Below are positions 25,510-35,148 of a DNA stretch of 64,000 bases, piece by piece; the first letter of the stretch is position 1; each line of letters begins with the position of its first letter. A model generated the notes under the pieces. The model did no database searches and was not told the origin of the DNA. It was given only the letters and a program-made list of their open reading frames with translations. Location of the stretch: NCBI GenBank assembly GCA_963755025.1, contig CAVWIH010000028.1, forward strand, positions 1 to 64,000, given 5' to 3'. The stretch comes from an uncultured Actinomycetes bacterium (lineage in GTDB: Bacteria; Actinomycetota; Thermoleophilia; UBA2241). Made by a program: the position numbers and the translations under genes.

Positions 25510-27345
25510 GTGCGCCACACCCCGCTGTTCTGGAAGCTCTACCTCACCTATCTCCTGGCCGTCGTGCTGTGCGCCGGCGTGGTCGGCTGGCTGGCCGTCG
25601 GGACCGCCTCTAGCCTGTACCACCAGCAGGCCGTCAGCGACCTCAAGGCGCGCGCCGAGCTCGCCACCGGGCGGGTACTGCCGCTGCTCGGCCGCCCGGC
25701 CGCCCTGCAGACCCTCGTCAAGGGCATCGGCGCCGATGCCGACACCCGCCTCACGGTGATCGCCGGGCCCGACGCCGCGGTCGGAATCGAGGGCCAGGTA
25801 CTGGCCGACTCCGAAGCCGACCCGGCCACCATGCCCAACCACGACACCCCGACGCGGCCCGAGGTGCAGGCCGCCCTGAACGGCGCCACCGGCGAGGTGA
25901 CCCGCTTCAGCGAGACGGTCAAGCGGCGCATGATCTACGTGGCGGTGCCGGTCTTCGCCGCCGATCACCAGGTCGAAGCGGTGGTGCGCACCTCCCTGCC
26001 GCTCACCCAGATCAGCGACAAGGTCAGCGCGATGACCTGGCGTATCGTGCTGGGTACCTTGCTGATGGCGCTGGTCGTGGCCCTGCTCGGCCTGCTCGTG
26101 TCGCGCAGCATCTCGGGGCGCATGCGCGAGATCAAGCGCGGCGCCGAGCGCTTCGCCGGCGGCGATTTCGCTCACGAGATCCACGTGTCGACCACCGACG
26201 AGGTCGGTGAGGTGGCGGCGGGGCTCAACGTCATGGGCCGGCAGCTGAGCGAGACCATCCAGACCATCACGACCGAGCGTAACCAGAACGAGGCCGTGCT
26301 GGCCGGCATGACCGAGGGCGTCCTGGCCGTCGACGGCCAGGAGCGCATCATCACCATCAACGCCGCGGCCGCCGTCCTGCTCGGCGTCGAGCCCGAGCAG
26401 GCCCGGGGGCGCAGCATCCAGGAGATCGTGCGCAACCCCGAGCTGCAGAGGTTCGTCGCCGCCGTGCTGGCCGGCGAGGAGCCCGTCGAGGGCGACGTGG
26501 TCGTGCACGCCGACCGCGACCCGCGCGAGCTGCGCGTGCACGGCGCCCAGCTGAGGGGCGGCAACGGTAACGGCAACGGGAGCGGCAACGGCGGCGAGGC
26601 CGAGGGCGGCGGCAAGGGTGCGGTGATCGTGCTCAACGACGTCACGCGCATGCGTCACTACGAAGCCATCAGGCGCGACTTCGTGGCCAACGTCTCGCAC
26701 GAGATCAAGACCCCCGTGACGACCATCAAGGGCTTCGCCGAGACCCTGCTCGACGGCGCCCTCGACGATCGCCACGACTCGGAGAGGTTCCTGCGCATCA
26801 TCGTCGGTCAGGCCGACCGCCTGAGCGCCATCATCGAAGACCTGCTCAGCCTCTCGAGTCTCGAGAGCGGCTCCGAGGACACCGCGATCTCACTCGAGCG
26901 CGGCAGCATCCGCGACGTACTGCAGGTGGCGCTCGACGTCTGCGACATGAAAGCCGGCGCCAAGCGCATCACCCTGGGGCTCGACTGCCCCGAGGACCTC
27001 TACGCCGAGATCAACCCGCCGCTCCTCGAGCAGGCCGTCGTCAACCTCATCGACAACGCGATCAAGTACAGCCCCGAGGGTTCGGCGGTCGGCGTGTCCG
27101 CCACGGTCCGGGGGACGACCCTGTCGATCAGGGTCGCCGACGCCGGCCGCGGCATCGCCCGCGAGCACCTGCCGCGTCTCTTCGAGCGCTTCTACCGTGT
27201 CGACAAGGCCCGCAGTCGCGACATGGGCGGCACCGGCCTCGGGCTTTCGATCGTCAAGCACATCGCCGTTGCCCACGGCGGCTGGGTGGCCGTCGAAAGC
27301 GCCCCCGGTCTGGGCAGCACCTTTACCATCACGCTGCCCGTCTGA
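25510..27345 (+). CDS. phoR: Sensor histidine kinase (two TM, HAMP, PAS, HisKA, HATPase)
   Basis: DFVANVSHEIKTP, NLIDNAIKYS, FERFYRVDKARSR, GGTGLGLSIVKH. Confidence 0.92.
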   Translation: MRHTPLFWKLYLTYLLAVVLCAGVVGWLAVGTASSLYHQQAVSDLKARAELATGRVLPLLGRPAALQTLVKGIGADADTRLTVIAGPDAAVGIEGQVLADSEADPATMPNHDTPTRPEVQAALNGATGEVTRFSETVKRRMIYVAVPVFAADHQVEAVVRTSLPLTQISDKVSAMTWRIVLGTLLMALVVALLGLLVSRSISGRMREIKRGAERFAGGDFAHEIHVSTTDEVGEVAAGLNVMGRQLSETIQTITTERNQNEAVLAGMTEGVLAVDGQERIITINAAAAVLLGVEPEQARGRSIQEIVRNPELQRFVAAVLAGEEPVEGDVVVHADRDPRELRVHGAQLRGGNGNGNGSGNGGEAEGGGKGAVIVLNDVTRMRHYEAIRRDFVANVSHEIKTPVTTIKGFAETLLDGALDDRHDSERFLRIIVGQADRLSAIIEDLLSLSSLESGSEDTAISLERGSIRDVLQVALDVCDMKAGAKRITLGLDCPEDLYAEINPPLLEQAVVNLIDNAIKYSPEGSAVGVSATVRGTTLSIRVADAGRGIAREHLPRLFERFYRVDKARSRDMGGTGLGLSIVKHIAVAHGGWVAVESAPGLGSTFTITLPV

Positions 27346-27384
27346 GCTCCGCGACGCGCTCGCAAGCCCCGTCCAGGCTGCGTC

Positions 27385-28080
27385 TCAAGGCGCCGACGGA
27401 CCCTCGCTTGAGGAGTCGGCGAGCTCCCGGAACAGCCCCGTGACGACAAAGATCGTCTGTTCGGCGATGTCGACGGCGTTGTCCCCTACCCGTTCCAGGG
27501 CGCGCGCCACGAGCGTCATGAAGATCGCCCACTCCCGCAGGTCGAGGTCGTCGCCTATCGCGACGGCACGTCTGGGGATCTCGCGGTTCAGGCGGTCGAT
27601 CTCGGCATCCCGGCGGGCCAGTTCCTGGGCGAGCTCGACGTTGCGCGACATGAACGTCTCCTGGGCCTGCGAAACGAGCGAGAGCGCGATCTGGCCCATG
27701 CTGTCGATCGCCTCCAGGATGGCCTCGTCGCGGGGAGACTCGTAGCCCGACAGCGGCACGAGCTTGGCGATGTTCACGCACTGGTCGCCCATGCGCTCCA
27801 CGCAGCGGATGACGTGCAGGAGAGCCGCGACCAGTCGCAGGTCGCCGGCCACCGGCGCCTGGGTGGCGAGCAGGGTGAGCACGCCCTGGTGGACCTCGAG
27901 GTAGCGGCCGTCGATCCGGTCGTCGTCGGCGAGGACGAGCCCGGTCAGCTCCATGTCCCGCGTTCTCACCGCCTCCAGCGCGCGCTCGAGCTGCAGGGCC
28001 ACCATATCGAGCCCGCCCATGGTCTGCCGCTCAAGCTCCTTGAGCGTCTCGGTGAACTGGTGGCGTGCTTCAAGTCTCAC
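27385..28080 (-). CDS. phoU: Phosphate signalling protein PhoU (operon 1)
   Basis: DDRID, QAPVAGDLR, ERMGD, ERVGD; GTG start after AGGAG. Confidence 0.92.
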   Translation of the reverse strand: MRLEARHQFTETLKELERQTMGGLDMVALQLERALEAVRTRDMELTGLVLADDDRIDGRYLEVHQGVLTLLATQAPVAGDLRLVAALLHVIRCVERMGDQCVNIAKLVPLSGYESPRDEAILEAIDSMGQIALSLVSQAQETFMSRNVELAQELARRDAEIDRLNREIPRRAVAIGDDLDLREWAIFMTLVARALERVGDNAVDIAEQTIFVVTGLFRELADSSSEGPSAP

Positions 28081-28088
28081 ATCGTCTC

Positions 28089-28952
28089 CTAACCGAACTT
28101 GCCGGTGACGTACCGCTCGGTGCGCTCGTCCTTCGGGTTGGTGAAGATCTCGCTGGTCGGCCCATGCTCGACGAGCTCGCCGTTCAGCATGAAGGCGGTC
28201 GTCGCCGCGACCCGCGCGGCCTGTTGCATGTTGTGCGTCACCACCACGATCGTGTAGCGGCCGCTGAGCTCGTGCATCAGCTCTTCGATCTTGAGCGTCG
28301 AGGCCGGGTCGAGCGCCGACGCCGGTTCGTCCATGAGGATGACCTCCGGCTCGACCGCGATCGTGCGAGCGATGCACAGGCGCTGTTGCTGGCCGCCGGA
28401 CAGGCCGATGCCGGGCGTGTCGAGGCGGTCTTTGACCTCGTCCCACAGGCCGACGGCGCGCAGCGACCGATAGACCCGTTCGCGCAGGTTCTCGCCGCGG
28501 GCGCCGCCCAGCTTCAGGCCGGCCGCTACGTTGTCGAAGATCGACATGGTCGGGAACGGGTTGGGCTTCTGGAACACCATGCCGATCAGGCGGCGGACGG
28601 CGGTGACGTCGATGCCCGCGCCGTAAATGTCGATCTCTCCGAGCTTGACCTTGCCCTCCGCGCGAGCGCCGGGCGTTACCTCGTGCATGCGATTGAGGCA
28701 GCGCACGAGGGTCGACTTGCCGCAGCCCGACGGCCCGATGATGGCGGTCACCTTGTTCGCCTCGAACTCGACGTCGATGCCCTTCAGGGCTTCGGTCTTG
28801 CCGTAATAGGCATGCAGTCCTTCGACCGTCACCGGGTGGCCGGCACGGGCGCGCGGCGCTTCTGCCGCGGCCGTCGACGCGGCGGTCTCGGCCGCTGCGG
28901 AGGGCGCCGGGTCGCTCGGCCTGATGCGGTTCCTGATGCGAGAGAGGATCAT
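28089..28952 (-). CDS. pstB: Phosphate ABC transporter ATPase (operon 1)
   Basis: [39 protein letters not shown]. Confidence 0.96.
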   Translation of the reverse strand: MILSRIRNRIRPSDPAPSAAAETAASTAAAEAPRARAGHPVTVEGLHAYYGKTEALKGIDVEFEANKVTAIIGPSGCGKSTLVRCLNRMHEVTPGARAEGKVKLGEIDIYGAGIDVTAVRRLIGMVFQKPNPFPTMSIFDNVAAGLKLGGARGENLRERVYRSLRAVGLWDEVKDRLDTPGIGLSGGQQQRLCIARTIAVEPEVILMDEPASALDPASTLKIEELMHELSGRYTIVVVTHNMQQAARVAATTAFMLNGELVEHGPTSEIFTNPKDERTERYVTGKFG

Positions 28953-28973
28953 GCTTCCTGGACTCCTTGGCCT

Positions 28974-29927
28974 CTAGCTGCGCAGCCGCCGACGGCTGCG
29001 CTCGTGGAAGGTGCGCGCGACCACGCTCAGGACGAGCACCATGAGGATCAGCAGGAGCGCCGCCGCCCAGGCGGCCTCGTGATCGGCCGGGCTCGGCGAC
29101 TCCGACAGCGTGAAGATCGTCACAGGAATGTTGGGCAGCGCCTGCGAGACGTTGGTCGTTATCCCGAAGTTCGAGAAGATCGAGGACGTGAACAGGAGAG
29201 GCGCGGTCTCTCCGGCGATGCGCGCGACTCCCAGAACGACACCCGTGATCAGGCCGCCGGCGGCCGTCGGCAGCATGATGCGCAGCACGATGCGCCAGCG
29301 TTTGAGCCCGAGGGCAAGGCCGGCCTCGTGGAGCGAGCTCGGAAAGAGCGTCAACACCTCGTGGGCCGAGCGGGCGACCAGCGGCAGCATCACGATGGCC
29401 AGGGCGACCGCTCCGGCGAAGCCGCTCTGCGTGTGGCCGACGACCAGCAATCCGAACACGAAGATGCCGATGACGATCGTCGGGATGCCGTTCAGGATGT
29501 CCAGGGCAAAGCGCACGGCGCCGGCCACCGCCGGCCGCGCGAACTCACTGGTGTAGATGGCGATCAAAAAGCCGATCGGCGCCGCCATCACTGTGGCCAG
29601 AGCGACGAGGATCACCGTGCCGACGATCGAGTCCGCAATGCCGCCGCCGGTCTGGCCGAACGGCACCGGGTTCTTCGTGATGAAGTCGAAGTTGAGGGCG
29701 CCGATCCCCTTGGCGAAGACCGACCCGACCACGACGGCAAGCACCGCGACCGCCAGCCAGGCGGACACCCTCGCCAGCAGCGTCATCAGGCCGTCGACGA
29801 GCCTTCTGCGGCGTTCGCCGGGTGTACCGGTCAGCAGGAGCGGCGGCGGGCCGTCGAGCGGCGGCGGGCCTTCGAGCGGCGGTGGGCCGTTGAGCGGCGG
29901 TGGGCCGTGGAGCGGCGTGTCGGTCAT
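28974..29927 (-). CDS. pstA: Phosphate ABC permease PstA (operon 1)
   Basis: [27 protein letters not shown]. Confidence 0.94.
   Translation of the reverse strand: MTDTPLHGPPPLNGPPPLEGPPPLDGPPPLLLTGTPGERRRRLVDGLMTLLARVSAWLAVAVLAVVVGSVFAKGIGALNFDFITKNPVPFGQTGGGIADSIVGTVILVALATVMAAPIGFLIAIYTSEFARPAVAGAVRFALDILNGIPTIVIGIFVFGLLVVGHTQSGFAGAVALAIVMLPLVARSAHEVLTLFPSSLHEAGLALGLKRWRIVLRIMLPTAAGGLITGVVLGVARIAGETAPLLFTSSIFSNFGITTNVSQALPNIPVTIFTLSESPSPADHEAAWAAALLLILMVLVLSVVARTFHERSRRRLRS
29838..29915 (-). repeat. 18-bp coding repeat x4 (xGPPPL) in the PstA N-terminus
   Basis: HGPPPL NGPPPL EGPPPL DGPPPL. Confidence 0.85.
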
Positions 29928-30892
29928 GTGTGAGCCTTGGACTTGCGCACGATCAGGCGCGCGACGACGTTGACGATCAGCGAGATCACGAGCAGGATGG
30001 CCGCCAGGTAGATCAGGGCGGAGGCCTGCAGGCTGGTCGTCGCCCCCTGATACTCAGTGGCGACCTGGGCGGCCAGGCTGGCCGCCGGGGCGAAGAGCGA
30101 GATGTGGATCCCCGGCGTGTTGCCGATCACCTGCGTGACCGCGATCGCCTCGCCGAGCGCCCGCCCGAGGCCGAGGATCACCGCGCCGGTCACCCCGGCA
30201 CGCCCATAGGGCAAGACCACCATGCGGACCATCTCCCAGCGCGTCGCCCCCAGAGCGTAGGCGCCCTCTTTCAGGTCGTGGGGTGTCGTTTCGAACACCT
30301 CGCGCGCGATCGCGCTGACGATCGGCACCACCATGATCGTGAGGATCAGCGCCGCGTTCAGCATGCCGTACGGCGACGGTGTGCCGCTGAACAGCGGTAT
30401 CCAGCCGAGCACCTTTTGCAGCGCGGGCTCCAGTCGCTCGTTTAAGAACGGCCCGAAGACGAGGATCCCCCACAGTCCGAGGATCACGCTCGGGATGGCG
30501 GCCAGCAGTTCGACCAGGATCGCCACCGGACGGCGCACTCCCCGCGCGGCAAGTTCCGTCAGGTAGAGCGCGATGGCGATCGAGATCGGCGTCGCGATCA
30601 CGAGCGCCACCGCCGAGCTCACCACCGTCCCGAAGATGAAGTCGAGGGCGCCGAAGTGCTCGGTGACCGGGTTCCAGACCGACGTGGTCAGGAACCCGAG
30701 CCCGTACTTCGAGATCGCCGGGCCGGCCTTCTCGAACACCGTGATCGCGATCCAGACGAGCAGGCCGACGCCGAACACAGACGCCAGCGCGGCGAGCGCC
30801 CAGAGCAGCGGGTCGCCCACCCGGTCGGCGAGCTTGCGCCTGACGGCGAAGAGGCCCGCGGCCGACGAGGACGGCTCTACCTGGGTCGACAT
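29924..30892 (-). CDS. pstC: Phosphate ABC permease PstC (operon 1)
   Basis: ELLAAIPSVILGLWG, EGAYALGATRWE, LGLGRALGE. Confidence 0.95.
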   Translation of the reverse strand: MSTQVEPSSSAAGLFAVRRKLADRVGDPLLWALAALASVFGVGLLVWIAITVFEKAGPAISKYGLGFLTTSVWNPVTEHFGALDFIFGTVVSSAVALVIATPISIAIALYLTELAARGVRRPVAILVELLAAIPSVILGLWGILVFGPFLNERLEPALQKVLGWIPLFSGTPSPYGMLNAALILTIMVVPIVSAIAREVFETTPHDLKEGAYALGATRWEMVRMVVLPYGRAGVTGAVILGLGRALGEAIAVTQVIGNTPGIHISLFAPAASLAAQVATEYQGATTSLQASALIYLAAILLVISLIVNVVARLIVRKSKAHT

Positions 30893-30901
30893 CGTAATTT
30901 T

Positions 30902-31979
30902 CTACTTGATCTTGGCGATCGTCGCTTTATCTGCCGCGACGACCATCGCCGGCAGTGGCGCGAACTCGAGTTTCGGCCCGAATGTCTGGCCGGTCGTGAC
31001 CGCCCAGGTGAGGAAGGGCGTGAGCGCCGCGGCCTTCGGGCTCGACAGCGGCACGATCGCGTAGGTGAACGTCGAGATCGGGTAGGCGCCGGGCGCTGAG
31101 GCCGGAGGATCGACGATCGAGACCTCGTTGTTGGACGGCACCGACGTGAGTGTCGCCGCCGCTGCGGAGATGCTCGGGATTCCGGGCACTGGGAACCTCC
31201 CGGCGGCGTTCTGGATCAGCGCGTAGTCGAACTTGTTGGGGAACACGTACGAGATCGCGACGTAGCCGATCGAGCCGTTCGTGCTTGCGATCACGCCGCC
31301 GACGCCCGAGTTGCCCTTGCCGCCCAGGCCGGTCGGGAACTGGACCTGGGTCGAGGCGCCGATCTGCGACTGCCACTGCGGGCTGACGTGCGACAGGTAG
31401 TTGGTGAAGGCGTAGGTGTCGCCGCTGCCGTCGGTGCGGTAGACGGGCGTGATCTTGGTCGAGGGCAGGCTGACCCCCGGGTTCAGCTTGGCGATCGCCG
31501 GGTCGTTCCACGCCTTGATCGTGCCCATCCAGATGTCGGCCAGCACCGGGCCGCTCAGCTTGAGCTGGTTGGGCACACCCTTCGTGTTGTAAGCGACCAG
31601 CGTCGCCGCGAGCGCCCACGGGATCTGCACGACGCCCTTGGCCGCGGTGAACTGGTCCGGGGTGAGCGGTGCGTCGCTTGCGCCGAAGTCGACGGTGCGC
31701 GCGGTGATCTGGCGCGATCCCGCCGCCGCTGCCGATCGCGCCGTAGGTGACCGCCACGCCGGCAGCCGTGTTATACGCAGGCTGCCACTGCGACATGAGC
31801 GGCGCGATGAGCGTGCTGCCGGCGCCCACGAGCGTCTTGGACCCGCTCGAGGCCGGCGTAGAAGACGAGGTCGTGCTCGCGTTGCTGTTGCTGCCGCAGG
31901 CCGCCACGAGGATCGCCAGTGCAAGCACCGCCATCCCGCCCGTCACTGCCATGCGCCTCCTGCCTCGCGCCACAGTCAT
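30902..31979 (-). CDS. pstS: Phosphate-binding lipoprotein PstS (operon 1), +1 frameshift at ~31711
   Basis: Lipobox VAAC, GAGST, GSGGGIA then QITARTVDFGASD in the other frame; span is 3n+1. Confidence 0.88.
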
Positions 31980-32068
31980 GGCTGTAACCCCTTTCAACGA
32001 GTCCTGTCATCGCTCCGGCGTGCGCCGGCCGCAGGGGCATGTACCCGCTTCGCCGCCAACGTTTCGAA

Positions 32069-32101
32069 CCTAACCGTTCGCTAACCGTTCGCTAACAAAG
32101 C
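32069..32101. promoter_or_regulatory. Three 11-bp repeats upstream of pstS1, inverted relative to the other boxes
   Basis: cctaaccgttc/gctaaccgttc/gctaacaaagc on + while the operon is on -. Confidence 0.7.
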
Positions 32102-32217
32102 ACGCCGAAAGAGGGTCAGAAACCGCTGAGTGAGCAGTGGTTGCGAACGCTTGGCAGCGATCCGGACAGCGGTCGCGCGCGGCGGCGGCCTGGCCGGCGC
32201 GCCTCTCTGCAAACAGA

Positions 32218-32245
32218 CCGGGCGGCCGCTTTCGCGGCCGCCCGG
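32218..32245 (-). terminator. Intrinsic terminator of the standalone pstS
   Basis: Minus strand: ccgggcggccgc-GAAA-gcggccgcccgg-tctgttt. Confidence 0.7.
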
Positions 32246-32382
32246 CAGGGGCTTTCTACATCCGGCGCTCGTCCGGGACCTTCGTCGGAGCCCGCGGGCC
32301 CCGACTGTTAGTCGGGATTGGGTCCGCCAGGGAAGGGGAGCCCGCCACGGACGGGACCGGCTAGCCCACTATCTGATCTGGG

Positions 32383-33447
32383 TCACCAGCAGGGCTTGCT
32401 ACCGGCCTTGATGGTGGAGTGCCAGACCTTCTCGATCGCCGTGATGGCCTTGCTCGGTATCGGCACGAAGGTGAGCTTTTTCGCGTCTTTGACGCCGGTG
32501 GAGCTCTTGTACGCCCAGTTGAAGAAGGTGAGCATGGCGTGGGCGGTCGTGTAGCTCGACTGGCTGCGGCGCACCAGGAAGTACGTCTCGCCGGTGATCG
32601 GCCAGACGGTGGTCCCCTTCATGTTCTCGAGGTTGGTGACGAAGCCGTTCGACCACGTGTACGTCGCGTGGGCGCCAGCGGCCGCGAACGTGGTCTGCGA
32701 CGGCATGACCCACTTGGAGGAGGCGTTGCGCATCTGGGCGTAAGCGATGTGGTCGGTGACGGCCCAGGCGTACTCGACGTAGCCGATGGCGCCCGTGTGC
32801 TGCTTGACCGCCGTGGCGACGCCCGACGACTTGGCTGCGCCGACACCGGTGGGCCAGGAGATCGTCATACCCTGCCTGGTCCAGGCGCCGTCGGCCTTCG
32901 TCAGGTACTCGGTGAAGATGAACGTCGTGCCCGACGAATCGGAGCGGTGGATGACGGTGATGCGGGTGCTGGGAAGGCTAAGCCCGGGGTTCAGTGACTT
33001 GATGCTGCTGTTGTTCCACGTGGTGATCTTGCCGAGGTAGATCTGCGCCAGCACGGTCCCGGAGAGCTTGAGCTTGCCGCTCTTCACGCCTGGGATGTTG
33101 ACGATCGGCACGATGCCCTCGATGCACGAGGGGAACTGCACAAGCTTGGCGCTGTCCAGCGTAGGGGTGGGGCCACTTGAGACGAGCAGTGGCTTGTCGC
33201 TCGCGCCGAAGTTGACGGTGCCGGCGACGATCGCGTTGATGCCCGATCCCGAGCCTACGCCCTGGTAGTTGATCTTGGCCGGGCTGTAGTTCGACGCCCA
33301 CTGCTGGTAGAGGAGCTGGGGCGCGGTCGCCCCGGCGCCGGTGATGGTCGTCTTCGCGAAGGCGGCCGAAGCGCCCGCCAGCATGACGAGACCGACACCG
33401 ACCACGATGCCGGCCCGCACGGGCCATGTTCTTGCCGATACTCTCAT
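32383..33447 (-). CDS. pstS: Standalone PstS with a signal peptidase I (AFA) signal and no lipobox
   Basis: GAGAT, YQGVGSGSG, FGASD, HRSDSSGTT, GAIGYVE, WPI. Confidence 0.9.
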   Translation of the reverse strand: MRVSARTWPVRAGIVVGVGLVMLAGASAAFAKTTITGAGATAPQLLYQQWASNYSPAKINYQGVGSGSGINAIVAGTVNFGASDKPLLVSSGPTPTLDSAKLVQFPSCIEGIVPIVNIPGVKSGKLKLSGTVLAQIYLGKITTWNNSSIKSLNPGLSLPSTRITVIHRSDSSGTTFIFTEYLTKADGAWTRQGMTISWPTGVGAAKSSGVATAVKQHTGAIGYVEYAWAVTDHIAYAQMRNASSKWVMPSQTTFAAAGAHATYTWSNGFVTNLENMKGTTVWPITGETYFLVRRSQSSYTTAHAMLTFFNWAYKSSTGVKDAKKLTFVPIPSKAITAIEKVWHSTIKAGSKPCW

Positions 33448-33509
33448 CCTTGTCTCTCCTTTTGCTCTGGTCTTGCGCCCTCATGCACAGGCTCCGACTA
33501 ACGCCGCCG

Positions 33510-33553
33510 ACTCTATGGGGCGGCCGTGAGCCGCTCGTGACCGGCGGGTGAGG
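33510..33553 (-). promoter_or_regulatory. PHO-box-like promoter
   Basis: Minus strand: cctcacccgcc/ggtcacgagcg/gctcacggccg-cccca-TAGAGT. Confidence 0.8.
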
Positions 33554-33731
33554 GGTGCAATAGATGTCCGTTGCGGCGTCGTGACGCCCTCGTGTGCGGG
33601 GCGTTAGGGCCCGAGTGTCGGGCGAGGATCGCGACGTCGGGCGGCGGCGAGGGGCACTACGACGGGCGGCGGCGAGGGCGGCGGCGAGCGGAACGATGTC
33701 GGGCGGCGGCGGGGGGCGGCGGCGAGCACAA

Positions 33732-33765
33732 CGACGACGGGCCCGCGTGAGCGGGCCCGTCGTCG
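33732..33765. terminator. Hairpin downstream of the IPT/TIG gene
   Basis: cgacgacgggcccgc-gtga-gcgggcccgtcgtcg. Confidence 0.65.
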
Positions 33766-33806
33766 ACTTTTGAGCCGGGCGTGCGGCCAGTGCCGGCCGT
33801 ACGGGC

Positions 33807-34773
33807 TTACGGGGTGTCGAAGAGGAACCAGTCGGCCGGCACGTCGCTGCTGGTGCCCTTGGCATTGGTCACCGTCACGTCGACCGTGCCGGCTCCGACG
33901 GGGGTCACGCACGTGATCTGCGTGTCGCTGACCACGACGACGCTGGTGGCGGCGGTATCGGCGAAATCGACCGCGACCGTGCCGGTGAAGCCGGTGCCGG
34001 TGATCGTGACGGCCGTGCCGCCGGCGGCCGGACCCTCGTCAGGGGCGACGCCGGTCACCGTCGGGACGCCCGACGACGTGGAGGGGACGGTGAACGTGAA
34101 CGCGCCGGCCATTTGCGGGTCGCTCGTGCCGGCCGCCGTCGTGACGAACACATAGACGGTGGTGTTCACGCCGAGCAGGTTCGGGTAGGCGGCCGTCGTG
34201 GCCGTGATCGTCGTGGCGTTGACGACGGTGAAGCTGGCGGCGTCGACGCCGCCGAAGGTGACCTGGGTAGACGCCGGTGAAGCCGGTGCCGGTGATCGTG
34301 ACGGTCGTGCCGCCCGCGATCGGGCCAGATGCTACGTCGAGGGCGGTGATCGTCGGGAGCGGCAGCAGGTAGGTATAGCGACCGGCCTTTGCCTTCGCGC
34401 TCATCCCGGCCGCCTTGTTCACGACACGGACCAGCACTTCGCCGGCCGCGTGGCTTGGGGCCTTGACCGTGAGCCTGGTGGCGGACTCGACCTTCAGGTG
34501 GGTCGCGGTCCTGGTGCCGAACATGACCTTCTTGATCGTGCTCTTGCCGCTGCTCATGAAGTTCTTGCCGGTGATGGTGACGATGTTGCCGCCCGCGGTC
34601 GGGCCGCTCGCGACGGAGAGCCTGGTCACGACCGGGGCCTTCGTACCCGCGAAGGCGACGCTTGCCGACGCCAGGCAGATCAGCGCCGCGGCCAGCAGGA
34701 CGAGGCCGACCAGACCCGGCGCGAACCGCGTCCCTCGGTGTCCGGACGTATGGACTGAACTGCGTGTCCTCAT
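33807..34773 (-). CDS. Secreted protein with three IPT/TIG domains, +1 frameshift at ~34269
   Basis: AFA signal; three P.(V/I)T......GP.AGG..VTITG..F units; removing one base restores TGVTQVTFGG. Confidence 0.8.
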
Positions 34774-34830
34774 AGTCTTCCCTTCTGTAAGTGGCTTTCG
34801 CGCTTGGTGCGCCCCTCCTTGGGCGGGCCG

Positions 34831-34874
34831 ACTCTATCCAGTCGATATGAGGCCCGAATGAGCGCTGCGTGAGC
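34831..34874 (-). promoter_or_regulatory. PHO-box-like promoter
   Basis: Minus strand: gctcacgcagc/gctcattcggg/cctcatatcga-ctgga-TAGAGT. Confidence 0.78.
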
Positions 34875-35042
34875 CGCAGGCCACCGATCGGTTGGCCTCT
34901 CGCGAAGTCCTGGTGAGCACCGCGTTCGCTACGCTTCGAACCGCGTCTGTCCGTCGGCGTAGGCTTCGGCGGGCCGATCAGGGCATCGCTCGCGCCGTTG
35001 CCCACGCTCGTCGCGCCTCGCGTGCATGTCACGGCTCGTCCG

Positions 35043-35097
35043 CCTCACGCGAAAAGCACCGCACGCTAACGAAGCACTAACCCGCTGCCGCTAGATT
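35043..35097 (+). promoter_or_regulatory. PHO-box-like promoter of pst operon 2
   Basis: cctcacgcgaa/aagcaccgcac/gctaacgaagc/actaacccgct-gccgc-TAGATT. Confidence 0.78.
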
Positions 35098-35148
35098 CCG
35101 CCCCGGCGGTCACCCGCCACAGTCCAGGGAAGGGATAAGGAGACAGCA

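Noticed and set aside
30902-31979. Programmed frameshift or phase variation in pstS1
   Set aside because: The break is not in a slippery or long homopolymer sequence; a single extra base is more parsimonious
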